Shown here piece by piece: positions 64,000-64,000 of a stretch of 64,000 nucleotides of DNA (its first letter is position 1; each line of letters opens with the position of its first letter). The position numbers and the translations under genes are program-made. Source of the stretch: a virus; the IMG/VR virus record IMGVR_UViG_3300025082_000006, positions 7,104-71,103 of that record; one strand, written 5' to 3'. The notes under the pieces are model-generated. The model was not told where the DNA came from and made no database searches. It was given only the letters and a program-made list of their open reading frames with translations.

Positions 64000-64000
64000 G

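Noticed and set aside
1-64000. Stop-codon reassignment, CRISPR array, reverse transcriptase/DGR, integrase
   Set aside because: Genes are intact in the standard code, all three stop codons terminate genes, there is no suppressor tRNA, and no such repeats or motifs were found.

Overview
A 64-kb segment of a large myovirus-type bacteriophage genome, distantly T4-like. Essentially all genes are on the minus strand and the DNA is AT-rich (roughly 38-40% GC by eye). In transcription order (right to left): fused SbcD/SbcC (Mre11-Rad50, gp47/46-like, partial); beta-helix virion appendages and a holin/spanin-like cluster; terminase, portal, prohead protease, ribosomal protein bS21, fibre and LamG proteins, scaffold, major capsid, neck, sheath, two tube paralogues, tail chaperone with a probable frameshift, tape measure and baseplate; a minimal family A polymerase, a degenerate tubulin/FtsZ-like protein, gp32-like SSB, RecA/UvsX and a 5'-3' exonuclease; three tRNAs (Leu-UAA, Arg-UCU, Ile-UAU), Cys-rich exported mini-proteins, a glycosyltransferase, DnaB-like helicase, class II RNR, GroES, two muralytic enzymes, DnaE, dUTPase and IMPDH/GMP reductase. 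Several real-looking ORFs missing from the supplied track were recovered by manual translation. Main unexplained patterns: (i) an ACTAWTTA putative late promoter that also marks isolated genes in the replication region whose proteins start with capsid-targeting-like leaders ending in L/I-x-E, one with an ADP-ribosyltransferase-like fold; (ii) a pervasive [ST]-[GA]-[STA] motif in virion proteins, a candidate glycosylation sequon; (iii) repeated cassettes pairing an anchor domain with an 11-residue docking repeat; (iv) a family of 8-Cys exported mini-proteins and lipoproteins. All product calls come from motif recognition by eye; no database searches were run.
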